Source of the DNA: a virus | Length of the DNA stretch: 42,671 nt | Strand: one strand, 5' to 3' | Virus record (IMG/VR): IMGVR_UViG_3300045988_003762 | Coordinates: 1 to 42,671 of that record | Shown: piece after piece, positions 41,101 to 42,671 of the stretch | Layout: each line of letters opens with the position of its first letter | How positions within the stretch are numbered: the stretch's first letter is position 1 | The notes under the pieces: generated by a model | The model's database searches: none | Told to the model about the DNA's origin: nothing | The model's input: the letters and a program-made list of their open reading frames with translations, nothing else | Program-made: the position numbers and the translations under genes

Positions 41101-41796
41101 TCACTTCACGATCTCCCACGTGCCGTTTTTCCCGTCCGCGCTCCGCGTCACCTTCACGGTGTACGTTTCGGTCACGCCGGGAGCCACCGGCGTCTCCGGC
41201 TCCGCAGGCTTTGTTTCCTCCACATACGGGATCCCGAAATACTCACACAGCCCCTTGGCCGCGCTCTCGGCGATCTCCTTCATGTGGGTGTGGAACCATG
41301 TGGCGTCATCCATGTTGTCGTGGAACACGTGCTCCTCGTAGAAGGAGACGGCTTTCGGCACACGCAGCTCGTACAGGTTGCTCCGCGCCACCAGCTTCAC
41401 CGTGCGCGGGTAAATTTGCTTCCGGTACTTCACCATGATCTCGCTCAGCTTCTTGCCGCGTTTTGAGTAGGTGTAGTACATAGGATGGCATCCCCGTGAG
41501 TTGCCCTTGCCGTCTGCGCTGCCGTTGGTATGGCTGACGTAATGCACGTCTGCGCCCCACGCGTCGCTCTCCCGCACGTTCTGCTTCATGATGGCATCGC
41601 CGTTGTCGCCGTTCATGGGGGTGCGCCGATAGCCGCGCTTGGTGGCAATGCCGCAGCGGTTCAGGATCGGCTCCAGAATGTCGATGTACTCGTTGTTCTC
41701 CAGTGCCTCATAGCACTGTTTCCCGTCCGGGCGGGGATATACACAGGGATTTGCCATGTGCATAGCCGGGGACAGGTAGACCTTCGGGGCGGCCAT
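41101..41796 (-). CDS. Endolysin, N-acetylmuramoyl-L-alanine amidase (Amidase_3-like)
   Basis: VYLSPAMH..., ADVHYVSHTNGS (SxHxN-type) and FYEEHVFHDN (E..FH.N) motifs. The gene follows the holin directly. Confidence 0.75.
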   Translation of the reverse strand: MAAPKVYLSPAMHMANPCVYPRPDGKQCYEALENNEYIDILEPILNRCGIATKRGYRRTPMNGDNGDAIMKQNVRESDAWGADVHYVSHTNGSADGKGNSRGCHPMYYTYSKRGKKLSEIMVKYRKQIYPRTVKLVARSNLYELRVPKAVSFYEEHVFHDNMDDATWFHTHMKEIAESAAKGLCEYFGIPYVEETKPAEPETPVAPGVTETYTVKVTRSADGKNGTWEIVK

Positions 41797-42087
41797 TTAC
41801 ATTGCCTCCTCGTCGTTGGTAGACTTCATCTGCTTAAACACCTGATTGACGCCAGTTGCGGTCAGTCCGGACATAATGCCCACGGCGACCGCCGTAAAGT
41901 AGTCCTCGGCGGGGAAATCCGGCATGTGAAATGCCAGCGCCAGTGCACCGATGACGCCGCCGCACACACCGCAAATAATGGGGATCCACTTGTTGTCCAG
42001 CGCCGCGGCCTTCACAATCATGCCGATCAGATAGCAGATGACGATGATAGCGGCAACAGTGGCCACTCCGATAGTGTTGATGTCCAT
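41797..42087 (-). CDS. Holin (Dp-1 / phage_holin_4-like)
   Basis: Multiple TM segments. KWIPIICGVCGGVIGAL...GIMSGLTATGVNQVFKQ matches the family pattern I recall. Confidence 0.8.
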   Translation of the reverse strand: MDINTIGVATVAAIIVICYLIGMIVKAAALDNKWIPIICGVCGGVIGALALAFHMPDFPAEDYFTAVAVGIMSGLTATGVNQVFKQMKSTNDEEAM

Positions 42088-42106
42088 AGTTACTTCCTTT
42101 CCGGCT

Positions 42107-42415
42107 TTACGCCTCTCGCTTGATGGGCAGCTTTCTTACTTCCTCCATGACTCTTTTTGCACTGCCGTTGCCGCCCATCTTCTCATACGGCTGATACAAA
42201 TAGTCGTTTAGGTTTTCGTACTCGTCCTGCGTGATGTACCCTCGTGTCACATACGCCATGCCCAGATGGATGATGCGGTCATGCGCCAGACCCACCAGCA
42301 TCTTCCGCTCTGCGTTGTTCTTGTCCGCCCGCTTCGATACCAGTGCCCACAAGCCGCTGCTTGTCAGCACCGCTACCGCCAGCGGTACGGCGATCTGCTG
42401 TACCCACGGTTCCAT
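42107..42415 (-). CDS. Membrane protein of the lysis cassette (102 aa, one N-terminal TM)
   Basis: AAAGGAG RBS. TM IAVPLAVAVLTSSGLWALV. Its function (holin partner?) is inferred from position. Confidence 0.6.
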   Translation of the reverse strand: MEPWVQQIAVPLAVAVLTSSGLWALVSKRADKNNAERKMLVGLAHDRIIHLGMAYVTRGYITQDEYENLNDYLYQPYEKMGGNGSAKRVMEEVRKLPIKREA

Positions 42416-42518
42416 TCGCTCTCCTTTCCGGGCTTACGCCCTGTCCATTTTCTTTCACACGCCCAGCATATCATTCACCCTTCGGGAACCACCGCCCCAC
42501 AGCATACACAGGTGTCCA

Positions 42519-42671
42519 TCAGGTGATCTCCTCGTTGACCGTGATGATGCTATCGCCGCTGATCTCCGCGCAGTTCAGGCGGAAATAGGCAGCATTCCCT
42601 AAGTCCACGCCAGACCAGTTCTTCACAGTGAACTGCGTCCAGATGCCGTTCTCATCCTTCACGCCCGACAG
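42519..42671 (-). CDS. Tail fibre 3' end (continuation of feature 1..2975; 42571..42671 duplicates 1..101)
   Basis: The same frame continues through the repeat: ...YFRLNCAEISGDSIITVNEEIT, with the stop TGA at 42521..42519. Confidence 0.8.
   Translation of the reverse strand: MSGVKDENGIWTQFTVKNWSGVDLGNAAYFRLNCAEISGDSIITVNEEIT
42571..42671. repeat. Terminal direct repeat, copy 2
   Basis: Identical to 1..101. Confidence 0.95.

Noticed and set aside
42475-42477. Genome-wide TGA recoding (alternative genetic code) suggested by the in-frame TGA in the zinc-ribbon mini-ORF
   Set aside because: TGA is used as the terminal codon of many well-defined genes here (all the ATGA overlaps, the fibre, the amidase), so global reassignment is not tenable.

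Overview
The window is a complete, circularly closed temperate phage genome of about 42.57 kb. Bases 1..101 are identical to 42571..42671, and a 1008-aa tail-fibre gene is split across the window ends. Almost all genes are on the minus strand. The exception is a visibly AT-richer lysogeny module on the plus strand (23.2-26.8 kb) that ends in a tyrosine integrase and an attP carrying a tRNA 3' fragment. Strong GGAGG-type Shine-Dalgarno sites and high GC suggest a Clostridia-type Firmicute host (inference).

Gene order on the minus strand:
- Early: three small HTH genes, then an ATGA-coupled early operon (29-aa TM peptide, 3D-domain protein, repeat protein, Gp157, ERF, NinB-like, SSB).
- Replication: replisome organiser with internal iterons, DnaC-like loader, DUF1064.
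- DNA modification: PAPS-reductase-like protein and two DNA methyltransferases.
- Late: XRE regulator, terS, terL, portal, Prp-like protease, scaffold, major capsid, tail fibre, lysis cassette, four virion proteins and a 2434-aa polyvalent protein.
- Last: a terminator-bounded 7-gene cassette of unknown function next to attP.

No tape-measure, tail-tube or sheath gene is recognisable, so the virion is probably short-tailed.

Most notable observations:
- the giant polyvalent protein;
- a duplicated box-plus-terminator module in front of the packaging and head genes;
- a phage Prp with matching LxLF[DE]G motifs in scaffold and capsid;
- a metallophosphoesterase domain inside the tail fibre;
- a promoter-to-terminator small-RNA candidate;
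- the unknown 7-gene cassette.

All family assignments come from motif recognition by eye. No database search was run.
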